The notes under the pieces are model-generated. The model saw only the letters and a program-made list of their open reading frames with translations, made no database searches and was not told the origin of the DNA. A stretch of 64,000 nt of DNA, from the NCBI GenBank assembly GCA_040220235.1, contig JAVJTO010000051.1; one strand, given 5' to 3'. Positions 20,149 through 30,960 of this stretch are shown piece after piece. The number at the start of each line of letters is the position of its first letter. The first letter of the stretch is position 1. The position numbers were made by a program, and so were the translations under genes. The stretch comes from Coleofasciculus sp. B1-GNL1-01. Its GTDB lineage: Bacteria; Cyanobacteriota; Cyanobacteriia; Cyanobacteriales; Coleofasciculaceae.

Positions 20149-20176
20149 GTAGAGACGTAGCATGCTACGTCTCTAC
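20149..20176. repeat. Perfect REP-like palindrome GTAGAGACGTAGCATGCTACGTCTCTAC
   Basis: Identical copy at 35681-35708; flanked by 7-mer repeats. Confidence 0.9.
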
Positions 20177-20220
20177 ACCCCCATCTCCCCACACCCGACA
20201 CCCGACACCCGATACCCTGA

Positions 20221-21351
20221 CTACCAACGAGAATCGTGCGTCACTGAATTCCCCCCAATCGCCACCGCCCGTAAATTATATGATCCGGTTTGTCCGGCTT
20301 CATAAGCGTTTGCCATTAACAAATAAATCCCATCGCTGGGTAAAGTGACAAATAATCGGGCATTCGTACCACCACCACTATCATCATCTTGGGCTAAATC
20401 ATTGCCATTGGGATCAAGCAAAATTAAATAAGAATCGATTTCCCCACTGGTCATATCGATTTGCACCTGCTGACCCGCTCTGCCTTCAAAGGCATAGATG
20501 TCAAAAAAGCTGTTATCGTCTGCTAAAACATGACTTCCCTGATCCAGCCGACCGGGAATCACTGTACCATTGAGGGCTAAGGGTTGGGGGGGACGGTGAG
20601 TCGGAGAGGGGCTGGACTGCTGCACCGTCTGGGACGCACGTCCATTGCCTACAGCCGCCAGAAACGGGCGAATTCTATCGATGCTAATCGCAAAGCCAAT
20701 CCCCAGATTCCCGCCGCTAGGACTGCCTAAAATCGCTGTATTTACCCCAATTAATTCACCTTGACTATTCAGTAGGGGACCGCCAGAATTTCCTGGGTTA
20801 ATCGTGGCATCGGTTTGAATTAAGCCCCGTTGTTGGTCGATACGGCTAACAATCCCTACGGTAAACGTGCCTTGATACCTGCCAAAGGGATTGCCGATAG
20901 CAAATGCCCGTTGTCCAACTTGTACGGGACGAGGAGCCAGAGAAATCGTCGGTAAATTGCTGGGAGTGCGAATTTTGAGAACCGCTAAATCTAAACCATT
21001 CTCCCCAAACGCCACCACATCCGCACTCAGGCGTCTGCCATCCGCTAGGGTTACTGTAACTGTAGGGGAACCTGCGACAACATGAGCATTGGTGAGGACT
21101 AATCCATCGGCGCTAATAATACTGCCACTCCCTGTACCCTCTACCGTATCAATGGAAACCACTGCTGGACTGGCTTGTTGATAAACCTGGATATTAATTT
21201 GTTCATCAATATCTTGAGCCACTACAACGGTTGAGCCTAGCCAGAGATTCAGCCAGTCAATTGGTGCGATCGCGTGGAGAGTCGTAGCACCAATCGCAGT
21301 CACAGTAGCAAGGATTCCCGATATAGCAATAGGCAAGCGTTTGGTACTCAT
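20221..21351 (-). CDS. Trypsin-like serine protease (S1C-like) with C-terminal PPC domain
   Basis: LTNAHVV, DLAVLKI, IQTDATINPGNSGGPLLN; C-terminal DSYLILLDPNG...DDDSGGGTNARL. Confidence 0.88.
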   Translation of the reverse strand: MSTKRLPIAISGILATVTAIGATTLHAIAPIDWLNLWLGSTVVVAQDIDEQINIQVYQQASPAVVSIDTVEGTGSGSIISADGLVLTNAHVVAGSPTVTVTLADGRRLSADVVAFGENGLDLAVLKIRTPSNLPTISLAPRPVQVGQRAFAIGNPFGRYQGTFTVGIVSRIDQQRGLIQTDATINPGNSGGPLLNSQGELIGVNTAILGSPSGGNLGIGFAISIDRIRPFLAAVGNGRASQTVQQSSPSPTHRPPQPLALNGTVIPGRLDQGSHVLADDNSFFDIYAFEGRAGQQVQIDMTSGEIDSYLILLDPNGNDLAQDDDSGGGTNARLFVTLPSDGIYLLMANAYEAGQTGSYNLRAVAIGGNSVTHDSRW

Positions 21352-21452
21352 GGTTGATGGTCATTAAACCTCAAGGTCTAGTTTTATGGTGGCTTATGCT
21401 CAAGTCATTGATCAGAATTATGTGACAATTTTTTTTGGATACACCGTAGGAA

Positions 21453-21515
21453 AAGCAGGGGGAGCAGGGGGAGCTGGGGAAGCTGGGGAAGCTGGGGAAG
21501 CTGGGGGAGCAGGGA
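21453..21515. repeat. 9-mer array (GGGGAAGCT)n
   Basis: Directly visible. Confidence 0.85.
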
Positions 21516-21728
21516 GAGAAAGTTATATCTTTGAATGCAACGTGTTATTCTCACTTAGGTTTTTTTCCTTAGACCTTTCTGCCTTGAAGACTTTGGCTAC
21601 ATGTAAAAGAGATCTACACCAATACAAGTGAGCTAGCTCCTATATGTGAGTCCAGCAAATGAAGTAGCTTGCTTCTCGAAAAGCTAATATGACGAATGAC
21701 AAATGACAAATGACAAATGACAACTTAT

Positions 21729-23516
21729 TCAGCGCAAGGTCTTAAGTTGGAGCTGCGCTTCATTATATTGATCAATTCTGCCGTTGTCGAGATGTAGCTT
21801 AGAGGCTTGCTCTAAGTCGTTAATCGCTTCCATTGTATTCCCTAGTTCAGCATGGGTTAATCCTCGACCCGAGTAAGCAAAGGCATTATTGGGATTAAGT
21901 TGAATGGCTTCGGTATAATCGTCTAGAGCGCCAGAGTTATCGCCAAACTTTCGGCGGACACGGGCGCGATTGGTGTAGGCGACGCTGTTTTGGGGATTGA
22001 GTCGAATGGCTTGGGTGTAATCTTCGAGCGCTCCTTGGTTATCGCCTAACTTACGACGAATTTCCCCACGATTAATGTAAGCATTCTCATAACTGGGTTC
22101 AATGCGAATTGATTGGCTGCAATCTTTGAGTGCTTTTTGATACTCTTTAAGATTTAAGTAGGCAATACAGCGATTGTTGTAAGCGATGTGGTTATTTGGA
22201 TTCTGAGTAATTGCCTCCGTACAATCTGCGATCGCGTCTCGATAGTTTCCTAGGTTAAACTTTGCCTGACAGCGATTTGTGTAAGCCATACTATCTGTAG
22301 GGTCAATCGCGATCGCCTGGGTATAATCGTCTACAGCACCCCTATAGTCTGCCAAATGAAATCGGGTTCTACCTCGATTGTAATAAGCCTTAGCATCATT
22401 GGGATTTAACTCAATGGCTTGAGTATAGTCTGCCATGGCTTCTTGTTTATTACCCATCGCCCCCAGCACTAATCCTCGTGCCGCGTAAGCTTGGGCATTT
22501 TGGGGATTGAGCTGAATTGCTTGATCGAGATCTGCGATCGCAGCTTTATACTGGTTCAGTTGGTAGTTGGCGATTCCTCGATGGTAGTACGCTTGATCAT
22601 CATTGGACTTTCGTTGAATTAATTCGGTAAAGTCTTCTACAGCACCTTGCCAATCTTCCAAATCGTAACGGGCTAGTCCTCGCTGATAGTAAGCATCTGT
22701 ATTACTTGGAGCAAGCTCGATAAGTTTAGTGTAGTCTTCTATAGCGGCTTGATGCGCTCCCAAATCATCGTAAGCTATGCCCCGATTCCCATAAGCTAAT
22801 GGGTTGTTAGGATTAAGCTGAATTGATTCATCAAACGCCTCAATCGCGCCCTGCACATTACCACTTTTTAGGTGTTCCACTCCCTGTTCAAAAAACTCTT
22901 GCGCTTTTTCCCGGTCTGGATTTTGGCTTAGCAGCCCCATTAATCCCAGCCCAAGGGCTAAACTTATTCCTCCTACCAAAATGGGCAAACGCCATCGCTT
23001 CAGTCTGGATTGATTCGTCGATTTCGGCAATGCTTTTTCGGGAAATATTTCCCAATTGCCAGAATTAGCAATGGATGTTTGGGTCGAGGTGGATATCAAG
23101 GGGGATTCTACTTCGGGTTCAAGGGGTTTAGCTGCCAAGGTTAGCATTTCTTGAAACCGGATCAACCCTTGATCGTCCTTGGGCTGTTGACCGGATTTTT
23201 TCTTCAATGTATTTAAGGGATGATCGGGAACAAATTCTTCGACTAGATAAAATTTTTTATTTTCGACAAAATAGTTGACAATTTCTGGATTTTGGTTAGT
23301 TTGTGCCAACCGTTCCAGGGTTTCAGATTTATGAGTCAAGAGAAATTGCAGCCTACGAAGTGCCTGAGGATTTTTTGTGGGCAACTTGAGTTGTCGAATT
23401 ACGCAAACCGGGCAATCGGGATGGCGAGTATCGGCGGCTAGGTAAATTAATCCTGAGACACCTGAGCCTAAAATCCTGACAACACGATAACGATTATTGA
23501 AAACCTGATCGATCAT
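21729..23516 (-). CDS. Membrane-anchored TPR protein with truncated Ser/Thr kinase N-lobe
   Basis: RYRVVRILGSGVSGLIYLAAD...FYLVEEFV, then a TM helix and about 11 TPR repeats (AIxDYTQAIxLNP). Confidence 0.85.
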   Translation of the reverse strand: MIDQVFNNRYRVVRILGSGVSGLIYLAADTRHPDCPVCVIRQLKLPTKNPQALRRLQFLLTHKSETLERLAQTNQNPEIVNYFVENKKFYLVEEFVPDHPLNTLKKKSGQQPKDDQGLIRFQEMLTLAAKPLEPEVESPLISTSTQTSIANSGNWEIFPEKALPKSTNQSRLKRWRLPILVGGISLALGLGLMGLLSQNPDREKAQEFFEQGVEHLKSGNVQGAIEAFDESIQLNPNNPLAYGNRGIAYDDLGAHQAAIEDYTKLIELAPSNTDAYYQRGLARYDLEDWQGAVEDFTELIQRKSNDDQAYYHRGIANYQLNQYKAAIADLDQAIQLNPQNAQAYAARGLVLGAMGNKQEAMADYTQAIELNPNDAKAYYNRGRTRFHLADYRGAVDDYTQAIAIDPTDSMAYTNRCQAKFNLGNYRDAIADCTEAITQNPNNHIAYNNRCIAYLNLKEYQKALKDCSQSIRIEPSYENAYINRGEIRRKLGDNQGALEDYTQAIRLNPQNSVAYTNRARVRRKFGDNSGALDDYTEAIQLNPNNAFAYSGRGLTHAELGNTMEAINDLEQASKLHLDNGRIDQYNEAQLQLKTLR

Positions 23517-23769
23517 GGCAGCCTAGCACCTGGCTTATCGCCCTAAAGCATCCGTTTGGGGTCATTTTAAGTGTAGTCTGATCCCAAAAGGGAAAGGGGA
23601 ACTGCTTAGCAGGGAACAGTAAAGAATGTCCTAACCTCAATGGCACGCTCCAGTCAGCATTTTGCGATCGCCGAAATTCTTGATATACCGTAGGGTTGGT
23701 ACTGCCCACCAGCATACCAGTCAGGGGCATTCACCCTCGCGTATCTGCGTAGCCCTAGATATAACTGGA

Positions 23770-24516
23770 CTACACCCTCTGTCTGGTTAAATCTAAGATT
23801 AACTCCGCTAACTGGGGAGTTGCGCCAAGGGGTTCACCGAACTCAAGTTGGAGTTGAGGGTATTGCTGTTGTAAATCAAGGACAGATTGCGCGATCGCGT
23901 CTGTAATTCCGCCAGCAAACAGAAAGTAAGGCACAATGGCGATATGCTGATACCCAGCTTCCGCTAAGGTAGCAACTCGTTGACTGAGGGTTGGTTCGAT
24001 TGACCAATAAGCATCTATAGCGCCTAATTGTTTGGCTAAGGCGGCGACTGGCTGGTTACCACCAGGACGACGTGTGCCATGAGAGATTAGAATTTTAATC
24101 GGAGCATTTAGGGGTGGCTGTTGATTCACCAGCAGTTGTCCTAAATGGGGATGTACTCCGATATGAGGTTGCAAGTTGATGGTTAATTTTTCCCCTAACC
24201 GTTGTTGTGCGATCGCTACTTCTTCCGGGATATCCTCCATCACGTGTACCCCCGGTAAGAGAAATAAGGGCAAAGCTTGGATCGGTGGGTAGCCAGTTCT
24301 TATCGCTTGAGTCGCAAACTGACAAATTTGTTCATGTAAGGGTAGAGGTGCTAGTTCTAACGTGGCAGTTCCGACGCGAATCCTCAAGGCTTGACTTGCC
24401 TCACCTTGACTCGCTAACTGCTTCTGGAGTAACTGTGCCAATTCCTCTAGTCCTCGCTGAGGACGTGGATCTCGGCTTCCATGAGCAATAAGTAGATAAG
24501 CAGAGGAGCTAGGCAA
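23770..24516 (-). CDS. cbiX: Sirohydrochlorin chelatase (CbiX/SirB family)
   Basis: LIAHGSRDPR, LPLFLLPGVHVMEDIP, SHGTRRPGGN, VPYFLFAGGITD. Confidence 0.85.
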   Translation of the reverse strand: MPSSSAYLLIAHGSRDPRPQRGLEELAQLLQKQLASQGEASQALRIRVGTATLELAPLPLHEQICQFATQAIRTGYPPIQALPLFLLPGVHVMEDIPEEVAIAQQRLGEKLTINLQPHIGVHPHLGQLLVNQQPPLNAPIKILISHGTRRPGGNQPVAALAKQLGAIDAYWSIEPTLSQRVATLAEAGYQHIAIVPYFLFAGGITDAIAQSVLDLQQQYPQLQLEFGEPLGATPQLAELILDLTRQRV

Positions 24517-24707
24517 GAGTCTTAATCGTTAATGGGGATTACTTAATAAACAATTGTATCGTCACAGTACCATATTCCCCTGCAATTGTCCTTGCATACG
24601 ATGATTGAGGGTCGAACGATTACCCAACCTTGGCGATTCGTCAAGCAGGTGGCAAAAGCTGATGATATCCCCACCGTTGATGAATTGGTGCGCTTAGTCC
24701 CCCTCAC

Positions 24708-25109
24708 TTGAGTGAAGACTATCCTTTAAACGTCGGTCAGGAATTAGTCGATCAGCAAGAAAAACAGAATAATCCTCAGATGGGATTATATCGACAGGAA
24801 GGAATTGTTCTGAATGTGGAAACACCGTCTAAAGGATTTCAATGGAAATTTAAACCCCCATCAATGGAAGAATATCATCGGTTGGCGAGAGTTAAAATTT
24901 GTCCAGTTACCGTATTTCATTCAATTTGGAAAATGGTCGATCATGGAGAGAATATATCACTTGCCGCTCTGCAAGAAAATATGGCAAAAGAATATGGAAA
25001 AGACACTGTATTGGAGCAATTAACCATGATTGAGCATCACTACTGGCTGTGGTATTCCAACTACTTCGCTCAAATCGTTGCCGCCTTTGATGTTCAATCG
25101 GACAATTAA
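24708..25109 (+). CDS. Hypothetical protein, possibly a 5'-disrupted remnant
   Basis: 133-aa ORF with TTG start; a short upstream ORF (24601-24711) abuts it in another frame. Confidence 0.4.
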   Translation: MSEDYPLNVGQELVDQQEKQNNPQMGLYRQEGIVLNVETPSKGFQWKFKPPSMEEYHRLARVKICPVTVFHSIWKMVDHGENISLAALQENMAKEYGKDTVLEQLTMIEHHYWLWYSNYFAQIVAAFDVQSDN

Positions 25110-25113
25110 GCGA

Positions 25114-26058
25114 TTAGCATTGAATCGTTTCTTTCTCTCGTTTCAGGAATGGTAATGAAGTGGGGGAGGAATGCGTGGAAACATAATTCCAATTTCGCTC
25201 TTGACGATTACCTCCTTTACTCCGCAAGAAACCCACTAAGTTTTGCAAAAGTGATGGCGTAATCCCTTGTTTCTCTGACGCTTTAGACAACTGAGCCGGT
25301 AAAGGCTCAATTTCTTGAGTGGGCAAAATACCAGCCAACAGAGGTACTTCCTCAACTAAACCTACAGTCATCAGGGTAAATGCGACATGCTGCACTTGTT
25401 CAACGGGAACATTTAGTTCTTTAGCGATCGCAGACAATGAAACTGTCCCTTGCGATCGTTCCCATACTTGCTCCTCTAAAGGATACAAGCGATAAGCCGG
25501 ACTACCCGCCATGATACTAGCTAATCCTGAATTTGGATCAGGTAGTTTATCATGGAGATTATCCCAATTTTTCAGTAATCGCAACCCTCTCAATGTGGCT
25601 TCTGTCGCTGAGATGCTCAATCCCGTCATTTCTTTGGTGGGGATGGGAGCGTTTGGAATAAATTTAAACTGACCTTCCTTGAGTTCAAATAACGTACACA
25701 CTCGCTGCAATACCTGATTCTGAAAAAGCTGCTTTAAATGTTCGATTGACAAGATTCCGTGATGTTTGAGACTCAACCCCAAGGGTTTATCAGTCGGACA
25801 TAGCTGTACAAGTTTTGTTACTACACGCTGGCTCACTCCCATCTGTTCAGCAATCAATTTCACTAAACCTTGATGATCTAATTGATGTGCTGCCGCCACA
25901 ATACGTCCCTGGTAAACCCAAATGTAATAAATTGTGTTGAGTGGTGTGGGGTCTTCTGGCAATGCTCCTAGCGTCAACACTCCAGTTTTCTGTCCTTTCT
26001 CTAGAAACTGGAAAATTTCTGGTATCGAAAAGTCGGATAAGGAACTGGTAATCGACAT
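25114..26058 (-). CDS. DUF4388 (PatA N-terminal-like) domain protein
   Basis: SLSDFSIPEIFQFLEKGQKTGVL, IWVYQGRIVAA, LFELKEGQFKF. Confidence 0.8.
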   Translation of the reverse strand: MSITSSLSDFSIPEIFQFLEKGQKTGVLTLGALPEDPTPLNTIYYIWVYQGRIVAAAHQLDHQGLVKLIAEQMGVSQRVVTKLVQLCPTDKPLGLSLKHHGILSIEHLKQLFQNQVLQRVCTLFELKEGQFKFIPNAPIPTKEMTGLSISATEATLRGLRLLKNWDNLHDKLPDPNSGLASIMAGSPAYRLYPLEEQVWERSQGTVSLSAIAKELNVPVEQVQHVAFTLMTVGLVEEVPLLAGILPTQEIEPLPAQLSKASEKQGITPSLLQNLVGFLRSKGGNRQERNWNYVSTHSSPTSLPFLKREKETIQC

Positions 26059-26489
26059 AATTGTTGAATTGAACGCTACGCAGGATAATTTGCTCTACTA
26101 CTAACGCATACTACGCTTTATTGGCTTACTTCGTAAGGTTTCAGACGCCTTGCTTTTCAATTCTTTACTAGCCGTGAGCAAATTGTCGGCTTTTTGTTAT
26201 CTGCTATACGAAAACTTGGTGATTTGCCGCCAGGAACCTGGCATTTAGCGCTGAAGGTTTACTCTAAAATACTAAAATTTGTTAAGCGATCGGCTCAGTC
26301 TTTATTCCTAAGTATCTATACCGACTCCCAAAAAGACAAAGGGGATTGTATGGTGCTATTGAGTAGGTCATCTCAATTTGACGCTTATTCTGCTGGTGGA
26401 TTATCTCCGTAAAATCACTGAATAATCATCTAAGATGTTAGCGATTGCTCACAATCTTCAATCTAAACAAAAATCAAAAACTCTAACAT

Positions 26490-26505
26490 TGTAAAAATTG
26501 ATACA
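26490..26505. promoter_or_regulatory. Candidate NtcA binding site
   Basis: TGTA-AAAATTGA-TACA matches GTA-N8-TAC with the preferred flanks; lies in a divergent intergenic region. Confidence 0.5.
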
Positions 26506-26910
26506 GTTAAATCCTTGAACTTGATCAGGACTACAGCTAGACAGAATCACCAGTGCTTGCCGTGGAGCATCGAACCTGTCTGCGATCGCGCAGAGCAGAG
26601 TTGACAGTTTTACCGTATAGAGCAGATAGGACTCATACCAAATTGCAGTCTAATGTAGAACTTTCTTTTTCTCCCTCTCACCCCCTCACCCCCTCACCCC
26701 ATCTACTCTATCTGCTATCTTTGAACGCAACTTGGTATCAGTTTTAAGGTGGCGTACTCCCAACCCTGCCCATACACCATCAATGACAGTCTCTCTATAA
26801 CAAGAGCCATTCTATTGTATCTCCTTAGCTAGAGGCATCGGATTAATAAAGTTGCTTAAATTAAAATTAATCCCTAAACCACAGTAATTTGAAGCATTAA
26901 AAGGTAGAGT

Positions 26911-28566
26911 TTGATGGCTAGATCAATTGAATTTAAATTATTCGCCCCTTACAACAAAGGCGCTGTATTGAAAGGATGTTTCTCAGATTGGCAAGACATC
27001 CAGATGGAGAAAGGAGAGGATGGTTATTTCCGCACCTCAGTTGAGCTTGAGGATGGCACTTACCAGTACAAGTTTTGTGTGCAATCTAAATCCTGGTTTT
27101 TGGAACCCGATCAATGGGTTGATGTCACCGATCCCTACGCGACAGGAGTGATTGATGACGAAACCCAGAATGGTGTAGTGAGAATTAAGGACGGACAAAG
27201 GATTGTTGATACCTACACCTGGCAGCATGACGACACCCCCTTGCCTCAAAATCACGAATTAGTCATCTATGAAATGCACATTGGAGACTTCTCTGGTGGC
27301 GAAGATGATTCCCATCCACGCGGTCAATTCAAACACGTTGTTGAGAAAATAGATTACCTGTGCGAACTAGGGATCAATGCCATTCAGCTGATGCCGATGA
27401 TGGAATATCCGGGAGACTATAGTTGGGGCTATAATGTGCGCCATTTCTTTGCCTTAGAGTCTAGCTATGGTGAAACCGAAGAGTTGAAGCATTTAATTGA
27501 TCAGTGCCATTCTCGTGGTATTCGAGTAATTGTCGATGGAATTTTCAACCATTCAGAATCCGAACACCCCTTAACCCAGATTGACCACGATTACTGGTAT
27601 CACCATGAACCCCCTCATGAATTTAGTTGGGGACCAGAGTTTAATTATGAACACTATGACGAGAACTTAGAGATTAAACCCGCCTGGAAATTCATTGGCG
27701 ATGTGGTGCTATTCTGGATTGAGGAATATCATATCGACGGTATTCGCTACGATGCGGCGAAGCAAATTGAAAATTATGATTTCATGCATTGGATTACTGA
27801 ACAAGCCCATAAAAAGGCAGGAGATAAGCCATTTTACAATGTCGCTGAACACATCCCAGAAACTCCCAGTATTACCAATGTGGATGGTCCGATGGATGGC
27901 TGCTGGCATGATAGTTTTGCCTACTGCCTCAAGGATCACATCTTTGGTGATACCTTCGATGTAGAGCGTCTCAAGGATGCCCTTGATGGTAAGCGTCAAG
28001 GCTTTATGGGGGCAGTTAATCTCGTAAATTATCTGACTAGCCATGATCAAGAACGGTTGATGGTGGAGTTGGCAGATCATGAAATCTTTGATGAAGTGGC
28101 ATTTAAACGGATCAAGTTCGGTGTGGCTCTTTTAATGACGGCTGTCGGCATCCCGTTAATTTTAATGGGTGAGGAGTTTGGAGAATATAAACCGTTAAAG
28201 CCTGAGTCATCTAAACTGGATTGGACTCTGTTGAAAAATGAAGAAAGTCAGGGGTTATTGGACTACTACAAAGGTTTGATTCGACTGCGGAAAGAGAATT
28301 ATGCTCTCTATGGAGACAACATTGATTTCTTCTATGAAGATCCCGAAGCCAAAGTTCTGGGATACATTCGCTGGAATGATGAAGGATCGCAGCTAATTAT
28401 CATTGCCAATTTTTCGGATCACTTCTTGGAGGGATACGCTGTGTCCCAAATTCCGGAGTCAGGAAAGTGGCATGAATGGACGAGGGACTACGATGTTGAA
28501 GTGGTGGAAGGCAAATTGGAATTGGACTTGGGAGAGTACGAAGCCAAAGTTTTCGTCTGGCAGTGA
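26911..28566 (+). CDS. GH13 alpha-amylase family glycoside hydrolase with N-terminal CBM48
   Basis: LVIYEMHIGDF, SWGYN, VIVDGIFNH, IDGIRYDA, VAEHIP, YLTSHD catalytic regions. Confidence 0.9.
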   Translation: MMARSIEFKLFAPYNKGAVLKGCFSDWQDIQMEKGEDGYFRTSVELEDGTYQYKFCVQSKSWFLEPDQWVDVTDPYATGVIDDETQNGVVRIKDGQRIVDTYTWQHDDTPLPQNHELVIYEMHIGDFSGGEDDSHPRGQFKHVVEKIDYLCELGINAIQLMPMMEYPGDYSWGYNVRHFFALESSYGETEELKHLIDQCHSRGIRVIVDGIFNHSESEHPLTQIDHDYWYHHEPPHEFSWGPEFNYEHYDENLEIKPAWKFIGDVVLFWIEEYHIDGIRYDAAKQIENYDFMHWITEQAHKKAGDKPFYNVAEHIPETPSITNVDGPMDGCWHDSFAYCLKDHIFGDTFDVERLKDALDGKRQGFMGAVNLVNYLTSHDQERLMVELADHEIFDEVAFKRIKFGVALLMTAVGIPLILMGEEFGEYKPLKPESSKLDWTLLKNEESQGLLDYYKGLIRLRKENYALYGDNIDFFYEDPEAKVLGYIRWNDEGSQLIIIANFSDHFLEGYAVSQIPESGKWHEWTRDYDVEVVEGKLELDLGEYEAKVFVWQ

Positions 28567-28568
28567 TA

Positions 28569-28630
28569 CAAGTGAACTACTCCGGCTTACTTCATAGAAG
28601 CCGGAGCTTCTCACTTCCCAGGGGATTGCT
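28569..28630. repeat. Hairpin resembling an IS200/IS605 end remnant
   Basis: GTGAACTACTCCGGCTT-loop-AAGCCGGAGCTTCTCAC just after the GH13 stop. Confidence 0.4.
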
Positions 28631-28962
28631 TAAATTCCCTGCTCCCTCCTGTTCCCTGTTGCCGAGGAAGATGGGGAAGGTAGCTTATCATAGTATATAG
28701 GGATGTATGTAGAGATTAAGCATAAACGACTGTCTGGGTTCATCTAAAAGGTGGACATCTTGCGAGTAGTGGTTTAAGGCACTAAAACAGGGCAAGCAGG
28801 TTCCTGGGTGATGCACCATTAAAAACCTGCATGTAAACCATGATTCGGCGCGACTTCCTCCCCAACGCTAAGATGGGGTATCCAGCCGCAAAAGTATGGA
28901 TGAATAATCAACACTCAAGCCAGTTTAGACTTATAATTTTGACACCAGTCCCCACCTGAGCT

Positions 28963-30066
28963 ATGTTTAACCGTTTCCAAGATCTATTTTCTAAGGGTAA
29001 AAAGGGTATCGGGATAGAATTAGCACCAGAACGTATTAGTATCGCCCAACTGCGTAAGCAAGGTCAGGGCTACAAGCTGGTGAGCCTTCACACCCATGAA
29101 GTCCCCGAAGGTTTGTTTGACGGAGGGAAGATTATCGATGCCGCCAGTTTAGCTGAACTTGTGACTGAAATTCTTGATGAACATAAACTCAAAGTCGAGC
29201 AAGTCGCCACGGCTGTCCCCATGCGGGAAGCGGTGATTCGGATTATTCCGATTCCAGCTGAACTCGATGACACTGAACTGCGAGATATGGTTCTCAACCA
29301 TGAAGCCGGTCTATACTTACCCTATCCGCGCGAAGAAGTGGATTTAGATTACCAAAAACTGGGCTTCTTCATGGACGAAGATGGGATTGAAAAAGTACAA
29401 GTCTTGTTGGTGGCAACACGCCGCGAGGTGACAGACACCTATCTGGATACCTTCCAACTGGTGGGGTTAAAGGTGGATGTCCTGGAAATCAATAGTTTTG
29501 CCCTGATTCGCACCATCCGCGAGCAACTGCGACAGTTTGCGCCCCAAGAAGCGGCGGTATTAGTGGATATAGAATTTGATAGTACCGAAATTGCGATTAT
29601 TGTCGATGGGGTTCCCCAGTTTTCCCGCACCGTTCCCATTGGCACATTCCAACTCCAGAGTGCCTTGTCGCGAGCCATGAATTTACCGACATCCAGAAAC
29701 ACGGAACTCTTGCAGGGAATGACGATACCCAACACCCCCGTAGATGGCATTCGCACAGGTGCTACGGGCATTAATCCGGGAATGGCAGCACTGCTGAGAG
29801 TTTTAGGGGAACTCGCCGATGAATTGCGTCGTTCCATCGACTTTTATTTAAATCAGAGTGAAAATCTAGAAGTGGCTCAACTCCTCCTCGCTGGACCTGG
29901 TGGCGGAATTGGACAACTGGATGAATTTTTCACCCAACGATTAAGCTTGCCTACCACTCAGGTTGATCCGATTGCGGCACTATCCTTAGAGATGGAGCAA
30001 GATGTTCCCCCAGTACAACGACCCGGATTGGGAACGGTACTAGGATTAGGATTGCGGGAGGTTTAA
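28963..30066 (+). CDS. pilM: Type IV pilus assembly protein PilM
   Basis: Actin-like fold: GIGIELAPERI, VQVLLVATRRE, LVDIEFDSTEI, ELRRSIDFY, LLAGPGG. Confidence 0.93.
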   Translation: MFNRFQDLFSKGKKGIGIELAPERISIAQLRKQGQGYKLVSLHTHEVPEGLFDGGKIIDAASLAELVTEILDEHKLKVEQVATAVPMREAVIRIIPIPAELDDTELRDMVLNHEAGLYLPYPREEVDLDYQKLGFFMDEDGIEKVQVLLVATRREVTDTYLDTFQLVGLKVDVLEINSFALIRTIREQLRQFAPQEAAVLVDIEFDSTEIAIIVDGVPQFSRTVPIGTFQLQSALSRAMNLPTSRNTELLQGMTIPNTPVDGIRTGATGINPGMAALLRVLGELADELRRSIDFYLNQSENLEVAQLLLAGPGGGIGQLDEFFTQRLSLPTTQVDPIAALSLEMEQDVPPVQRPGLGTVLGLGLREV

Positions 30067-30071
30067 CCCTA

Positions 30072-30953
30072 ATGTATAGTCTCGATATTAATTTTCTTAA
30101 AGATAGACCCGAATATCGCCAACCCGATAAAGGGTCTGAGTCCCCCAAAGCCAAAAAACAGATTCAAATGGGGGAAATGACGCCGCTGATTATAGGCGTG
30201 ATTGTCGGGTTACTGCCGCTGGCGTTAGTCGCCGGAGTCGGTTTTTTGTGGTTACCTCAGCAAAATGCCAAGTTAAATCAGGAAATTGCTGAAATCGACG
30301 CCGAACTGCAAAGCTTGCAAGCGGAAAAAAATAAAATTAATAACCTGAATAATCAAATCCAAGCGGTGAGACAAGAAACCGAAGCCTTGGCAACGGTCTT
30401 TAATCAAATTAAGCCTTGGTCAGCCATTCTACAGGATATTCGCGATCGCGTCCCCACCGGAGTCCAAATTCAAGCGATTGAACAAACGGAAACCGAAACC
30501 CAAGCGGCGGAGGGGACTGAGGGTAGCGCCCCCTTACCCACAATTAACGTGGAGATTTCTGGTTTAGCACGTTCATTTGATGATGTAAACAACTTTCTGC
30601 TGACGCTACAGCAATCCCCCTTCTTTCAAGAGGAAGAAACTCATATCGTTAGCGCTCAACTGGAGGAGAACCCTGCTGAGTTAGAAGTACCGGAAAAGGA
30701 AGGCGGCGAGACGGTGGCTGAGATAACCTACGAGTTGCCCAAAGTGGTAGGCTATACCGTTGAAACGAGCTTGACAAATGTCCCCGCCTCTGAGCTATTG
30801 CGCGAAATTGACCGCAAAGGAGCGGTGGGATTAGTGGCTCGGATCAAAGCCTTACAGCAGATTGAGCAAAATCAGGCAACGGAGACACCTAGCGCAGCTC
30901 CAAGCCCAAGCCCAAGCCCAAGCCCAAGCCCAACCGAGACAACTACGGAGTGA
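30072..30953 (+). CDS. pilN: Type IV pilus assembly protein PilN
   Basis: MYSLDINFLKDR, TM helix, coiled coil, PWSAILQDIRDRVP, ISGLARSFDDVNNFLLTLQ; operon position. Confidence 0.9.
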   Translation: MYSLDINFLKDRPEYRQPDKGSESPKAKKQIQMGEMTPLIIGVIVGLLPLALVAGVGFLWLPQQNAKLNQEIAEIDAELQSLQAEKNKINNLNNQIQAVRQETEALATVFNQIKPWSAILQDIRDRVPTGVQIQAIEQTETETQAAEGTEGSAPLPTINVEISGLARSFDDVNNFLLTLQQSPFFQEEETHIVSAQLEENPAELEVPEKEGGETVAEITYELPKVVGYTVETSLTNVPASELLREIDRKGAVGLVARIKALQQIEQNQATETPSAAPSPSPSPSPSPTETTTE

Positions 30954-30960
30954 TGTAACT

